64,000 nt of DNA, from NCBI GenBank assembly GCA_030141605.1, contig JAQGDQ010000905.1:17774-81773 (forward strand). Direction: 5' to 3'. The notes under the pieces were generated by a model. It saw only the letters and a list, made by a program, of their open reading frames with translations. It was not told the origin of the DNA and made no database searches. The DNA comes from Tubiluchus corallicola. Lineage: Eukaryota > Animalia > Priapulida. Positions within the stretch are counted from its first letter, which is position 1. The number at the start of each line of letters is the position of its first letter. Shown here in pieces: positions 13,451 through 26,651 of this stretch. Both the position numbers and the translations under genes were made by a program.

Positions 13451-13850
13451 GCCTCTGCACAAGCATCACGATAAATTAGTCAGTTAAAATGATTTGACGG
13501 GTGGGCTCTATGACGAGTCAGCAAAATGAATCACCAGCCCAAACTTGGCTTCACATTGGCTGCATAGTGGTTTCTCCGCCTTCCCCAAGTACGCCCTCCG
13601 TGCATTGATTTTGCTCAGTCACGCCCCCGTCCCGACACGAATTGTACTTTAATCTTAACGTTGCATTCGCGTCATATCTACACGTATATTTACCTGTCTC
13701 CATATATTATGATAAGAAGGCTTGGCTAGAGAGAAAGAGTGTAGATCGAACGCGGGAGTGCTAGGCAGGTACACGTACAAACGCTTCTTTGATAGTGAGG
13801 ATACTGTTGTGAATGGTTTGAATACGTCTGGCATTCAAGAACATACGGTA
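13415..13850. promoter_or_regulatory. Probable bidirectional promoter
   Basis: ACTACAA (ZNF143-like) plus GCCGCCATT (YY1) at ~13418-13433; ATTGG CCAAT box at ~13556; two ACGCCC GC boxes (~13591, ~13621); divergent GTAAGC donors at 13328 (-) and ~13847 (+). Confidence 0.55.
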
Positions 13851-15586
13851 AGCTTCTGATTTTATTTCTTCTTTAACATCCAGTTCAAAGTTTTTCTATT
13901 TCGATTAATTCATTCCGCAAAATAAGCACACGCTTTTCAGCAAAATGCATGTAAAATTTGGTCAGCGATACAAGCACAATTAACATTACAATTATACAAT
14001 GCGAATGACACGTACATAAAGTTAGCTTGTATTGGATGTGGAAGAAATAAAGGGCATTGAATAAAATGCTGTGAAAGAAATAATAGATTTGTATTCATTG
14101 TGCTTTAGACGCACTGGCGAGGGTTTATTTTATTATATAAATTACATATTAGTAAGGCTTATATATATATATATATATAGCATATAGGCTTATGTACGAG
14201 AGAAAGATCAAAACCCAGGGTTGGGGGAGCTCCATTATCAGCTCTCGTTTAAAGCTACACTGCTTAGCAGTATTTTGTTCTACATTTTATGAGGTAATTT
14301 AAAAATGATATATTTCTTTGAAACTGAAATTATATATATATATATTTATATATATTAATTCTTTATTTGTCATAAAAATGGTTCATTCATTATAATAAAA
14401 TTGAGTAACCCTCAGCGTAATCTTAAAATAACCACACTGTTCAAGACAAATGCGTCCAGTGCAGACTAAAAAAAACTAAAGTGCAAAACTAAGGCCTAAT
14501 TATATACAATAAATGAACATATTTACAAGCACCATATTAAAATATTTTTACAATTAACAGAAACATGCTTTACATTACATAAATTGCGAATTTTGGGCCC
14601 ATATTTTCTCCTTTTTTATTGTGTTCGTTTTCTTTCTATTAAATCTTGCTGTTTTGCTTCAGTACTCGACACTGCGAGTCTTAATATTGACAATTTGGTG
14701 TCATACGTACTTCTGAACACATGTTGTTGACTTCTGTCTTTCTTTTGTTTGGTTCCGTAAGTTTATTTACTGAAACGTTTCTGTGTGTATTTTCATCGGT
14801 GAAAAAGCAAACAACCAGTGAAAAACCAAACAACCAAGCAATATGTTAACAATATTTCTACAAATACAATAAAATACAATACAATACAATACAATGCAAT
14901 AATTTCTATAAAATGTGCTTCATTTTGCAACTGCTGATAATTTTTTAAAGTATTTAAGACATTTAGTATGCACGCTATGCTGATCTGTACAAAGTCATCT
15001 CTAAAGTACTGTACATTGCGCAGTTTTTTGTGCTACGTAGATTTTCTAGTTTGCCATTTTATCACCATTTTTCGTCTATTTTTATTGGCTTAAACCAAAA
15101 TAACTATTAACAGATCAAATAACTGTCAGTTTTAAAATTTTATTAATTTTAAAGGCAGAAAATATTCTCGTATCAACGGGATACAACGGGTATGAAAGGG
15201 TTAAATAAGTGTCCTTATCCGACTCTTTTACATGTTGAATCGCGATTTGTTAATAGCAGTTATTGTATTGCTAATTTTTTCAAGTATTGTAATAATAAAA
15301 GTAGCAGTTATTAGCAGAGTTATATCTAAAAAAGAATAAGAAAAACAACTTTCTATATTAATGAATAGCAAACAGTATTATGCGCCGTGTTAAATAATGT
15401 ACTTTATGCATTAGAAAGGAAAGGTTTTTTCTGTAGAGAAGCAGTGCTGTGTATAGTAAATGATATATGTGTGCGTTAAGTTCTCATAGGTACTAATAAC
15501 AGGCTTACTTTACCTTCATATACTTACCGTGTAATCTGTCTATTTACATACTAACTAATTGAACTGCATGTCTATTGTAAGTATGT

Positions 15587-16025
15587 ATGATGATTGATGA
15601 TGATTGATTATGATGATGATGATGGATGATGATGATGATGGATGATGATGGATGATGATGATAATGATTGATTGACGATGATGATTGATTGATTGATTGA
15701 CGATGATGATGATGATTGATTGATTGATTGACGATGATGATGATGATTGATTGATGATTGATTGATTGATTGACGATGATGATGATTGATTGATTGACGA
15801 TGATGATGATGATGATTGATTGACGATGATGATTGATTGATTGACGATGATGATGATGATGATTGATTGATTGATTGACGACGATGATGATGATGAAGGT
15901 TGATTGATTGATTGATTGACGACGATGATGATGATGATTGGTTGATTGATTGACGATGATTGATTGACTGATTGATTGATTGACGATGATTGACAATGAT
16001 GATAATAATAATAATAACAAATAAT
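15587..16025. repeat. (GAT)n/(GATT)n microsatellite
   Basis: Direct inspection. Confidence 0.95.
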
Positions 16026-16142
16026 ACTGAAACCGGCCATAAGTCCGCATAGTTAAAATCACGTTATGATCCTTCAAGGTAGAATGACTCAAAAATTTGG
16101 TTAAACTAAATTATGACAATTCCCCTCACGTGAGAAATTTAG

Positions 16143-16440
16143 TTCGTGAAGCGAATAAGATTAGGGTTAGGGTTGGGGTGTGCTAAATTAAATTTGCCTA
16201 AATGTGTTAAATTTGTCTAAATGTGCTAAATTTGCTTAAATGTGTTAAATTTGCTAAATGTGTAAAATTTGTCTAAATGTGCTAAATTTGCTTAAATGTG
16301 CTAAATTTGCCTAAATGTGTAAAATTTAATTCGTGAAGCGAATAAGATCAGGGCTAGTGTTGGGGGTGTGCTAAATTAAATTTGGCTAAATGTGCTAAGT
16401 TTGTCTAAAGGTATTCAATTTGTCTAATGAGCTAAATTTG
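16143..16440. repeat. Duplicated unit with a TTAGGG-like tract and ~20-bp sub-repeats
   Basis: ttcgtgaagcgaataagat(t/c)aggg... occurs twice; ttagggttagggttgggg at ~16161; aaatgtgctaaatttgccta sub-repeats. Confidence 0.75.
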
Positions 16441-16442
16441 TC

Positions 16443-17016
16443 CGTCAGGTCAAGTATGCTTTCATTACAGTGCGTCAGGTCAAGTATGCTTTCATTACAG
16501 TGCGTCAGGTCAAGTATGCTTTCATTACAGTGCCTCAGGTCAAGTATACTTTCATTACAGTGCCTCAGGTCAAGTATGCTTTCATTACAGTGCCTCAGGT
16601 CAAGTATACTTTCATTACAGTGCGTCAGCTCAAGTATAGTTTCATTACAGTGCGTCAGGTCAAGTATGCTTTCATTACAGTGTGTCAGGTCAAGTATGCT
16701 TTCATTACAGTGCCTCAGGTCAAGTATACTTTCATTACAGTGTGTCAGGTCAAGTATACTTTCATTATAGTGCGTCAAGTCAAGTATGCTTTCATTACAG
16801 TGCGTCAGGTCAAGTATGCTTTCATTACAGTGCCTCAGGTCAAGTATACTTTCATTACAGTGCCCTAGGTCAAGTATGCTTTCATTACAGTGTGTCAGGT
16901 CAAGTATGCTTTCATTACAGTGTGTCAGGTCAAGTATTCTTTCATTACAGTGCCTCAGGTGAAGGATGCTTTCATTACAGTGCCTCAGGTCAAGTATACT
17001 TTCATTACAGTGCCTC
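16443..17016. repeat. 30-bp minisatellite, ~19 copies
   Basis: Unit tgcgtcaggtcaagtatgctttcattacag. Confidence 0.97.
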
Positions 17017-18810
17017 ACACGTTGCATAATTATTTTGGGACACAGCAAGCCAAGCGACACTTGAACAGCACCATAATCCGTTGCCCTAATCAGTCAAGCA
17101 CCCGTACTAGCCTAAAAATTTGAAACATTCATTCACTCAACCTAAAAGACATTATCAAATCATACAGACGTTATTTACATAGTAACGATATTAGACTGGC
17201 TTAAAGGTCGTCGAAAATACAGCACAGAAGAAATGACAGCGATCTTTGAAATCTAACCCTTCTATTTACACTGTAGTTTTGTAGGTAACTAAAGATTAAA
17301 CACTTTTAATGTAGTGTCACGTAATTGAAAATCATTTATATTATATTATATTTATATTATATACATATTACATATGTCCACTTCACGTCTATTTCAAAAC
17401 GTTTTTAATGCATGGTGTCAAAAATCATGTAAAATCAACATGCATAAGTTGTGCAGTAGCAATGGCTGGACAAAAGAACCGAAACCATAATTATTGAAAA
17501 AAGATGCGAAATTGTTCAGCAAAGCAAAGCGTTCAAAGATTTGCCTTATTAACTGAGGTTTTTACCGGTGTATTATAAGTTTGTCAGCAGTTTTTAAATC
17601 AGTTCTTAGTTATGGTCACCCCTTTAGTTCACATCGAGTCTTTTGGCGCGATCCCTTCAGTGAAACCAAACTCGGTGAATCCAAATGCCGTTTGTGAATT
17701 TAGGATGTTCAATGCGATGCTTTTGTCGCTTAATTTGCCTCTAATTTAAAGTAAAAGGTCCACGCTACGTGGCAAAAGGTCCACGCTACATGGCAAAAGG
17801 TCCACGCTACATGGCATTTTTATTTTTTCCAGTTGGTTCTCAGTCCTAGTAGATATATGTCAAATTTAGTTTGTTCACCAACCAACGACAATAATCATCT
17901 GCTGGAGCCGAGATGCGTAGCGGTCATGGCATTTGTTTTGTAATTCAATAGTCTGCGGTTCAAATTCAGACTCAGTTCTAGCTTTTTCACATTTCTTTTT
18001 TTGTTATTCGGCATTTTTTTCATTAGTAATACGATTAGCAGGCCTACTCTTGAGATCTGGATTATGAGTAAGTTAGTATACTCCTGATGACTATTTTTAG
18101 AACCTGTTGTAATGGCCATCTTTTGCTTACACGTTGTATAGTCACATCTGAAGTAATATTTATGGAGGCAGCTTGAATTGGTTGAATGCCCGTCCATTTG
18201 GTTGAACGTCTGCCTGATAGGTTGCCTGCCTCCTACTTCATTCCTCGTTTGCTGAAACTGCTGGATCGTGTTTCGAACACGCAAACACAGCTCATCTGTT
18301 GCAATTAAAAACAAAAATCATAATTAGCAAAACATCTAGTTTTGGCACCAGTTCGACTGAAGTTTTTCGACAAAAGATTGTAGTTGCTCTTTCGCATTCT
18401 CAGTAGCTCATGTTACCCTAACATCGTAGAAATTACGAATTCATGTTAAGTAGTGACGCACATTTCATTTGTGATTCTTAATTTAAACTACTGCAATAAT
18501 AATTTAGTATGTGCTGCCACCTACATTTAAAATTATTTAAAATTGAACCGAGTCAAGTTTAATCCATGTTATGGGCTTGGTCTGCGCTGCTCAGTCATCT
18601 ATGCCTGCTTGGTTTCCCATATATGGTAGTGTTGATTGCTAGTGTGTTTTACTAGCCAATCAGGTAAGCTCAGTGGGTGCATGCGACTTGGGTAGCTCTG
18701 CCAAGACCAGCTGGGCTTTCATCCCTTCTTGACCATTGCTGTTGAATGGTCACTATGTGTCTTCTATCCTGTAAATAATAGTGTAATATGTAAATAGAAA
18801 CAAAGTCTTT

Positions 18811-19338
18811 CACAGTTCAACACAATTTCATATTCTTTGTTTCAACCACCAGGGTGAGCCAGTCTACAACAGTCTACAGTTCAATATAATTTAATATTCT
18901 TTGTTTCAACCACCAGGGTGAGCTAGTCTACAACAGTCTACAGTTCAACATAATTTAATATTCTTTGTTTCAACCACCAGGGTGAGCCAGTCTACAACAG
19001 TCTACAGTTCAACATAATTTAATATTCTTTGTTTCAACCACCAGGGTGAGCCAGTCTACACTTACTTCAGTCTCTCACAGTTCAACACAATTTCATATTC
19101 TTTGTTTCAACCACCAGGGTGAGCCAGTCTACAACAGTCTACAGTTCAACATAATTTAATATTCTTTGTTTCAACCACCAGGGTGAGCCAGTCTACAGCA
19201 GTCTACAGTTCAATATAATTTAATATTCTTTGTTTCAACCACCAGGGTGAGCCAGTCTACAACAGTCTACAGTTCAACATAATTTAATATTCTTTGTTTC
19301 AACCACCAGGGTGAGCCAGTCTACACTAACTTCAGTCT
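18811..19338. repeat. ~64-bp minisatellite, 8 copies in a 4+4 higher-order pattern
   Basis: Unit acagttcaacataatttaatattctttgtttcaaccaccagggtgagccagtctacaacagtct; the 4th and 8th units end in the variant ct(t/a)acttcagtct. Confidence 0.92.
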
Positions 19339-19427
19339 AATATACTTGAAGCTATCTCATAGAAGGATTAAATTTGTAAAGTTTCTACAAGTAGTCATAA
19401 GTCTGTTACAATTTTTATTTTACATAA

Positions 19428-20880
19428 TTAGGCATTCTCGCAAGCTTCTGTGAAGAGCTCAAAAGTATGGCGGGACTGAAACCTATTCATCGTCAAAGCT
19501 ATTCTTTTCTGCTGGGGTACAAAACCAGCACAAAATATCTGCAAGTACTCAACTTTCAATAATAACCAATGGCCAAAGTTGGAGTGAGCTTTTGGTAAGA
19601 GTGGCTGAATTAAAGTTGCTTCCTCGTTCAATTTATGAATGGAGGGAAAGCGATCATTAATGATTTTCTAATATGCAATTTAAAAACAAAATGGAAACGT
19701 CGTTTTGTTCAAATATTGAGTTATACCTCTGCTGCAGACAAGATGGATACTTGAAGAACTACTCGCCGGGTTTTGTCATTGTATCGTACATAATCATATA
19801 CCTGTGATAGTAATGCCAAAAAATCAACTTTTATATTTTCAGGAACAATCAAATCAGCGACTGTTTCGCATGCGAGATTTTTCTCAGTTGCGTGAATGTT
19901 AGTTTTAATGCCTAAAGTTAGCTGGTATTATGCTAATATTCACGAGACGAGAGTAAAAAATGAAACACTATTCTACGCAATTACCTACGGTAGATGGCAG
20001 TACCGTACAACGTCGAACGTTTCGTACACAAAGTCATCACGTGGCTCGAAGTTCTGGGTTCTCAAATCTAATAGCATTCTGACTCATAATTTATAAGGTA
20101 AGAAATTCGTGCAATATTCTACGCTATTACCTACGGTAGATGGCAGCACCGTACATCCTCGAACGTTTCGTACACAAAGTTATCACGTGGCTCGAAGTTC
20201 TGAACTTCTGGGTTCTCAAATCTAATAGCATTATGACTCATAATTTACAAGGTAAGAAACTCGTGCAAGTAAGCTGCAAACGGCAGGTGAAAATAACGCA
20301 GTTTTATTATTTAAAAGCAGTGGAGAAAGAACAGGCCACTGAACATTCAAGCTTTCCAAGGGTTGCTAGACGCCCTTATACACGGGACATGTCCCACATT
20401 TGATAATTTTGTCCCGTACCCCGTACTAACCATTCGTCGACATCCAAATGTCCCGTATTTAGTTTATTTTCAAATTTCGTAACAAATATCTATTTTTGCT
20501 ATCTTCTTACGGTTGTTTATTTCCTGTATTTCTAATTTTCTAATCTGGCAACCCTAGTTTTCCATCTTATAGCTGTTCACAACTCTGGCGTCAACACTAG
20601 GATAGCTATTCGATTATTTTATTCTCTCTTCTTGAGCTATTTATCACGTACCATAAAATGCTTAATGGAAGAAATTTTAACCAAAATAACACACAATAAC
20701 GAAAATCAAATAAGGCGCCTATTAATAAATGAAAACACTCGTTTTCTTAATTAAACTTTCACATTTTTAGAACTCGGGTAAGTCTCAGTTAAGTAAAAAA
20801 TTGACTTTAAGTCTTTCTGCAATGATATTCCAGTTTTTATCAGTTCCTCAAAAAGTGTTTCAGTTACATTCCATTGTAAC
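19428..20880 (-). CDS. Putative spliced ORF (exons 20880-20763, 19801-19727, 19667-19428); unknown protein with a Ulp1-like HW motif, possibly a decayed TE gene
   Basis: Three AG/GT-bounded segments splice in frame: LQWNVTETLFEELIKTG...SSKN|VYDYVRYNDKTRRVVLQVSILSAAE|KIINDRFPSIHKLNEEATLIQPLLPKAHSNFGHWLLLKV... Confidence 0.45.
19968..20270. repeat. Tandem duplication of ~147 bp
   Basis: tattctacgc.attacctacggtagatggcag...aggtaagaaa.tcgtgcaa occurs twice. Confidence 0.85.
20359..20556. mobile_element. hAT-like MITE (~198 bp)
   Basis: AGGGTTGCTAGA...TCTGGCAACCCTA termini; imperfect 8-bp TSD gctttcca/gttttcca. Confidence 0.7.
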
Positions 20881-21001
20881 CTGTAAATAAATAAGCAGTT
20901 GATGAACAACAATAACCCCAATACCTTCAAGTGTATCTTTCAATGGATTCAATGGACTATTGTATCAGTTGAAAGACACACCTGAAGAACAGAAGGTATT
21001 A

Positions 21002-21360
21002 TTAAAGGAAAGGCAAGCACAAAAGTGGAGCAACTTAGCATGTTGGGTTTATTTTACTGTTATCACCTATACTTAGAAAATTGTAAAAAAAATCGCTATA
21101 AGCACAGAGTTAATTTATATTTTTTTCATATCTGGTGCGTATATGGTAGTTGCTATTCACTTCAAATTGTGATGTAAGATCACCTGTAAGCATGTGCTGC
21201 TTAAACTGCAGCACAAAAATATCACAACATTACCCCATATAAAGTGATTTTATGAATTACACGAGGCAATTATTGCAGTTTTATTACTAAAACCCTTCTA
21301 ACATTCTTTGCAAACTTTGAAATAAGCCCAACTTGCCAGAAGGCTTGACCTTTCCTATAA
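21002..21360. mobile_element. Kolobok-like MITE, copy 1
   Basis: TTAA-AGGAAAGG...CCTTTCCT-ATAA; inverted homolog of 22362-22664. Confidence 0.6.
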
Positions 21361-21694
21361 ATTATATAATTTCTGCTCATATGTTTAGGGTGTAGGGAAT
21401 TTGACCAGCACAACCTTTTTAACCTGTAATTTGGTTTCTGCTGTTGCTAATAAACTTGCCGTGCAGAACAGCAATTCCTGTGACACTAATAAGTCCGTTC
21501 ACTACAATGTTTAATAAACACTTCAACTATAGGGTAGATTTAATGTAATTTCCCTCAAAGCACTGATAAGATAAGAAATGAACAGCTTTCCTGGGGAACA
21601 ATATAGAACGATACAAGAACTAATGAGAGTCCAAAGGTGGGGTACCTTTTTGTTGTTAGAAGGCCAAAATTAACTGTAATCTAGCAAGCCTTAT

Positions 21695-21840
21695 TCAAGG
21701 AATTTCTAGCAGCTTTCAAAACATTCAAGACATTTCCAGACAGCTTTCAAATCAAGAAATTTCCAGACAGCTTTCAAATCATTCTAGAAATTTCCAGACA
21801 GCTTTCAAATCAAGAAATTTCCAGACAGCTTTTTCAAATA
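21695..21840. repeat. ~27-33-bp tandem repeat, ~5 copies
   Basis: caagaaatttccagacagctttcaaat units. Confidence 0.8.
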
Positions 21841-21939
21841 CAGCTATTTTTTATTACCAAGTTTAAAAATAAGTTGTCTTTAAATGTCCAAAGCTTTTAA
21901 AAATGTATTAAGATAAAGAAATGCTGAATTGGAAGCACT

Positions 21940-22362
21940 AATGTGTTTGGACCTGGCATGTCCTTTGTGCTCATTTACTGCACAATTAATGCTTGGATCT
22001 GGCATGTCCTTTGTGCTCATTTACTGCACAATTAATGCTTGGACCTGGCATGTCCTTTGTGCTCATTTACTGCACAATTAATGCTTGGACCTGGCATGTC
22101 CTTTGTGCTCATTTACTGCACAATTAATGTTTGGACCTGGCATGTCCTTTGTGCTCATTTACTGCACAATTAATGTTTGGACCAGGCATGTCCTTTGTGC
22201 TCATTTACTGCACAATTAATGCTTGGACCAGGCATGTCCTTTGTGCTCATTTACTGCACAATTAATGCTTGGACCAGGCATGTCCTTTGTGCTCATTTAC
22301 TGCACAATTAATGCTTGGATCTGGCATGTCCTTTGTGCTCATTTACTGCACAATTAATGCTT
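21940..22362. repeat. 46-bp minisatellite, ~9 copies
   Basis: Unit ttaatgcttggacctggcatgtcctttgtgctcatttactgcacaa. Confidence 0.95.
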
Positions 22363-22664
22363 TAAAGGAACGGTCATGTCTTCTGAAAAGTTGGGCTTAT
22401 TTCAATGTTCGCGAAACATATTAGAAGTGACGCAAGCGCCTTGTGTAATTAAGAAAATCAGATGATTCGTTGTTTTCCTGCTGTCTAATTTTCAGCCTGT
22501 ACCCCCAGTTACATCATAATTTTCAACCACCATGCCTGAAAATTTCTATTCAGAGGCAGTACATTATAAATTCATTTGCAAATTTCTTTGTTATATTTTT
22601 CTAACTTTTAGGTGATAACAGTAAAATAAACCCAACATACCGAGTGACTTGTTCTTTCCTTTAA
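22362..22664. mobile_element. Kolobok-like MITE, copy 2 (opposite orientation)
   Basis: TTAA-AGGAA...TTCCT-TTAA; ends are reverse complements of copy 1 (gttgggcttatttcaa; taggtgataacagtaaaataaacccaacat); a related left end lies at ~57528. Confidence 0.7.
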
Positions 22665-23499
22665 GCATTATTATATGCTTGTTTGATATAGTAATACTAC
22701 AGATTGCATTATGATCTGACCAAGTTTTACAACATCTAATTGTATCTATGGTCATGATTGCGAGCATAGGTGGCCACTGTCTTGCATTCAGATCACTAGC
22801 TACTGACTAAAGTTTGATGAATTTCTATGTAATAAGATGAAGGCTGTTCTTAAAATCGGAAGAAGTGTAAAAATGTTTATTTGGGCTTCTTCCTCAGAGG
22901 GTATATATAGTTGTAATCTAGCCAAAATTTTACTGGCTACCTTGCAGTGACATAACATTGCATTATGGCACTGCACCTCCTCATCGAGGATAATCCGTAA
23001 CCAATTATTCGTATGTTGTCATTATATTTGTACTTTGTAGTTGTAACAGTGATCTCGACGCAGAAGATTTCTGTTATTGTAAGACGCGGAGTGTTAGTTT
23101 TGTTATGGCAAATTACCATTTTTTACGTGTTCTATAAGTATAATAAAAGAAATATCCAGAGAAATGAGTTACGAATAAGAAGTTTTATAATATTGAACTA
23201 AAGCATACTCATAGTAGTGTGGATTGTTTTACTCATGCTTATTTTGTTAATTGTCTTATGTATATTTAGCATAAAATGCTTTGTTAAATAACTGGAGGAC
23301 ATTTCTGTATCTGGAATCACAACTTTCTTGGTTCAAATCCCAATTGGCTCACAATTTTTAGTGTTTTGCTTCTCCTGTTAACTAATAATCGTGCTAAATG
23401 TTCTTTGAAAGGTGTGCCTACAAATAGCAATTAACTACCATGTAATACTAATTAAATGAAGGAACTAGGCACTAAACAAAAATGAGCAAACCAGGATTT

Positions 23500-24900
23500 G
23501 AACACAGAACTTACTACTCGACAAGTTGAATGTGCATGCTGATAGATATACCCAGTCAGTCACCACATATACTTTGAACAGAACTCTAGAAGTTGAATGT
23601 GCATGCTGAACAGAACTCTAGAAGTTGAATGTGCATGCTGATAGATACACCCAGTCAGTCGCCACATATACTTTGAACAGAACTCGACAAGTTGAATGTG
23701 CATGCTGACAGATATACCCAGTCAGTTGCCACATATACTTTGAACAGAACTCTAGAAGTTGAATGTGCATGCTGATAGATATACCCAGTCAGTCGCCACA
23801 TATACTTTGAACAGAACTCTAGAAGTTGAATGTGCATGCTGATAGATACACCCAGTCAGTCGCCACATATACTTTGAACAAAACTCTAGAAGTTGAATGT
23901 GCATGCTGATAGATATACCCAGTCAGTCGCCACATATACTTTGAACAGAACTCTAGAAGTTGAATGTGCATGCTGACAGATATACCCAGTCAGTCGCCAC
24001 ATATACTTTGAACAGAACTCGAGAAGTTGAATGTGCATGCTGACAGATATACCCAGTCAGTCGCCACATATACTTTGAACAGAACTCGACAAGTTGAATG
24101 TGCATGCTGATAGATATACCCAGTCAGTCGCCACATATACTTTGAACAGAACTCTAGAAGTTGAATGTGCATGCTGATAGATATACCCAGTCAGTCGCCA
24201 CATATACTTTGAACAGAACTCTAGAAGTTGAATGTGCATGCTGACAGATATACCCAGTCAGTCGCCACATATACTTTGAACAGAACTCTAGAAGTTGAAT
24301 GTGCATGCTGATAGATATACCCAGTCAGTCGCCACATATACTTTGAACAGAACTCTACAAGTTGAATGTGCATGCTGATAGATATACCCAGTCAGTCGCC
24401 ACATATACTTTGAACAGAACTCTAGAAGTTGAATGTGCATGCTGATAGATATACCCAGTCAGTCGCCACATATACTTTGAACAGAACTCTAGAAGTTGAA
24501 TGTGCATGCTGATAGATATACCCAGTCAGTCGCCACATATACTTTGAACAGAACTCTAGAAGTTGAATGTGCATGCTGATAGATATACCCAGTCAGTCGC
24601 CACATATACTTTGAACAGAACTCTAGAAGTTGAATGTGCATGCTGATAGATACACCCAGTCAGTCGCCACATATACTTTGAACAAAACTCTAGAAGTTGA
24701 ATGTGCATGCTGATAGATATACCCAGTCAGTCGCCACATATACTTTGAACAGAACTCTAGAAGTTGAATGTGCATGCTGACAGATATACCCAGTCAGTCG
24801 CCACATATACTTTGAACAGAACTCGACAAGTTGAATGTGCATGCTGACAGATATACCCAGTCAGTCGCCACATATACTTTGAACAGAACACTGAAGTTAA
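23500..24900. repeat. 67-bp minisatellite, ~21 copies
   Basis: Unit ttgaacagaactctagaagttgaatgtgcatgctgatagatatacccagtcagtcgccacatatact. Confidence 0.97.
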
Positions 24901-24905
24901 ATATA

Positions 24906-25390
24906 CACTGATAGACACCAAATCAGTCGCCAAATATACTTAACAGATTTAGAATTTGATGTGCATCCAAAAATATACATAGTTTTTTGACATTTTTGTT
25001 TACATGTACGGGTAATTACATCATATGATGCAAAATTCTTTTATATTTCTTGCAATCAACGAAATCTGTAGATTTTGCATGTGCCAGCTTTTGACTAATT
25101 GTTTTTTTATATTACAGGTGAATGAAATGGCTTCGACTAGAAGATTTTGCAAAAATAAGGATAATTCTGCTACATCTGCGGTGAATACACCCCTGTTCCG
25201 AACAGGAATCTAGTGACAAATTTCATAAAGCGTGCTTACCGCGCTTATTTTGGTATTAAACTTGGTGACCAGGATAAAGCTTGGTCACCACACATGGTAT
25301 ACAACTCAAGCACCGAGTATCCGCGACAGTGGACCAAACGCAAGAAGAGTTGTCTGAAGTTTGGAATTCCTGCGGTTTGGAGGGAGTCTG
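24906..25390 (+). mobile_element. Chapaev3-type (CMC) DNA transposon 5' fragment with a frameshifted transposase N-terminus
   Basis: CACTG terminus at 24906. From ATG 25127: MASTRRFCKNKD/FCYICGEY...RAYFGIKLGDQDKAWSPH...QWTKRKK..LKFGIPAVWRE, the characteristic Chapaev3 N-terminal zinc-finger region (recalled). Confidence 0.8.
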
Positions 25391-25523
25391 ATTATAATCA
25401 GCCAGTTTATCGACACGATTAAGTAACTAAACAAGTGAAAGATTTGTTGGAAAGCACTGACAAAAAGTGTGTGTAAAGAAAGTCAACAAGGTGCATTTAA
25501 ACTGAGACACTGTACTGGATATC

Positions 25524-25845
25524 TGTTGTGGAGATTGCTGGCATCTATTAGAATTACATAGAACATTGTCGAATGTTCCGTTGGAATGATCGCCTTACTG
25601 TCTGGAATTTTCTGGAACATTATTGCTGGAAGCTTCTTCAGCGCGCTATATAAGGCGAAGCAGGCCGCCGACACGGGGAGCACACAGAGCACGCAGACCT
25701 CACACGGACGTATACTTACACATTCTCTTGTATACTTACTTTTTCAGATACGCTTAAACGTTTTCCAGATTTTCACGTTTACTGTAATCATTTCAACTTT
25801 CCTTCATACTTTTGTGTTGTAGAATTCTAAAAAACGTTTACAACA
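25524..25845 (+). mobile_element. Solo-LTR-like sequence
   Basis: TGTTGT...ACAACA termini, internal TATATAA followed by a GC-rich R-like segment; no clear TSD. Confidence 0.4.
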
Positions 25846-26651
25846 TAAGTAATATAAATAGGAACGTATTAAGATTTTACGATACCCTAGGTTGATTGTT
25901 TTGTCCCGCCAATCTCTATTGTAAATTTATGGTTGTTAATGTAATGAGGAGATTAAGCAATTATTTGTGGTGTATTAGAAAAGCTATTAACCTAGGCTGT
26001 ATGTGGTTATTATTAATTACATGTATTTGCATATGCTCAAATTCAAACAAATGCTTGTTGTGTAGTAACTTGCGTCTGTGGCACTTATATATATATATTT
26101 TCTGAGGAAAATAACATTTTTTTTCTAAACTGTAACACCCCTCAAACTTTGGGACCCTAGGATACAGCCTTGTTAGCCTATTGGTTGATAATGCTCCTGA
26201 ATATAAAATGAGTCTGGCAGAAAAATTTAGTTTGATCTGTAAATTAATTGCATTTATATTGTAATTGTTGTCAGTGAAAGATCACTACAGAGCGAAGCAT
26301 CTTCTATTAGCTGTTACTGTTTGTAAAATAGACATTGCATGTTCAGACATGTTCTTTTTGTTTACTTGCCTTTCTGAGAAGGGTGGTTGACTCGCTAACC
26401 TTTGGTTTTTCGCCACCCTTTCTCCCATGTTCATTTGTATTTTTGTATATTTTATTGTTAAATTAATGTGAATAATGGAGAAAAATAAAAATTACTAACT
26501 TACTTACTTACAGCCAAAACATAATGACACTCTACAATTGGATCAGTAATAATCTTTACTCATGTTCTTGTTTAAGATATCTGTATTAATAAATAAATCA
26601 AATAAAAAATTAATGGTAAAGATGTTAATAATCGGAAGTATTTTAATATTT

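Noticed and set aside
16160-16180. Telomere or telomere-proximal signal (TTAGGG)
   Set aside because: Only two perfect units, inside a dispersed-type repeat
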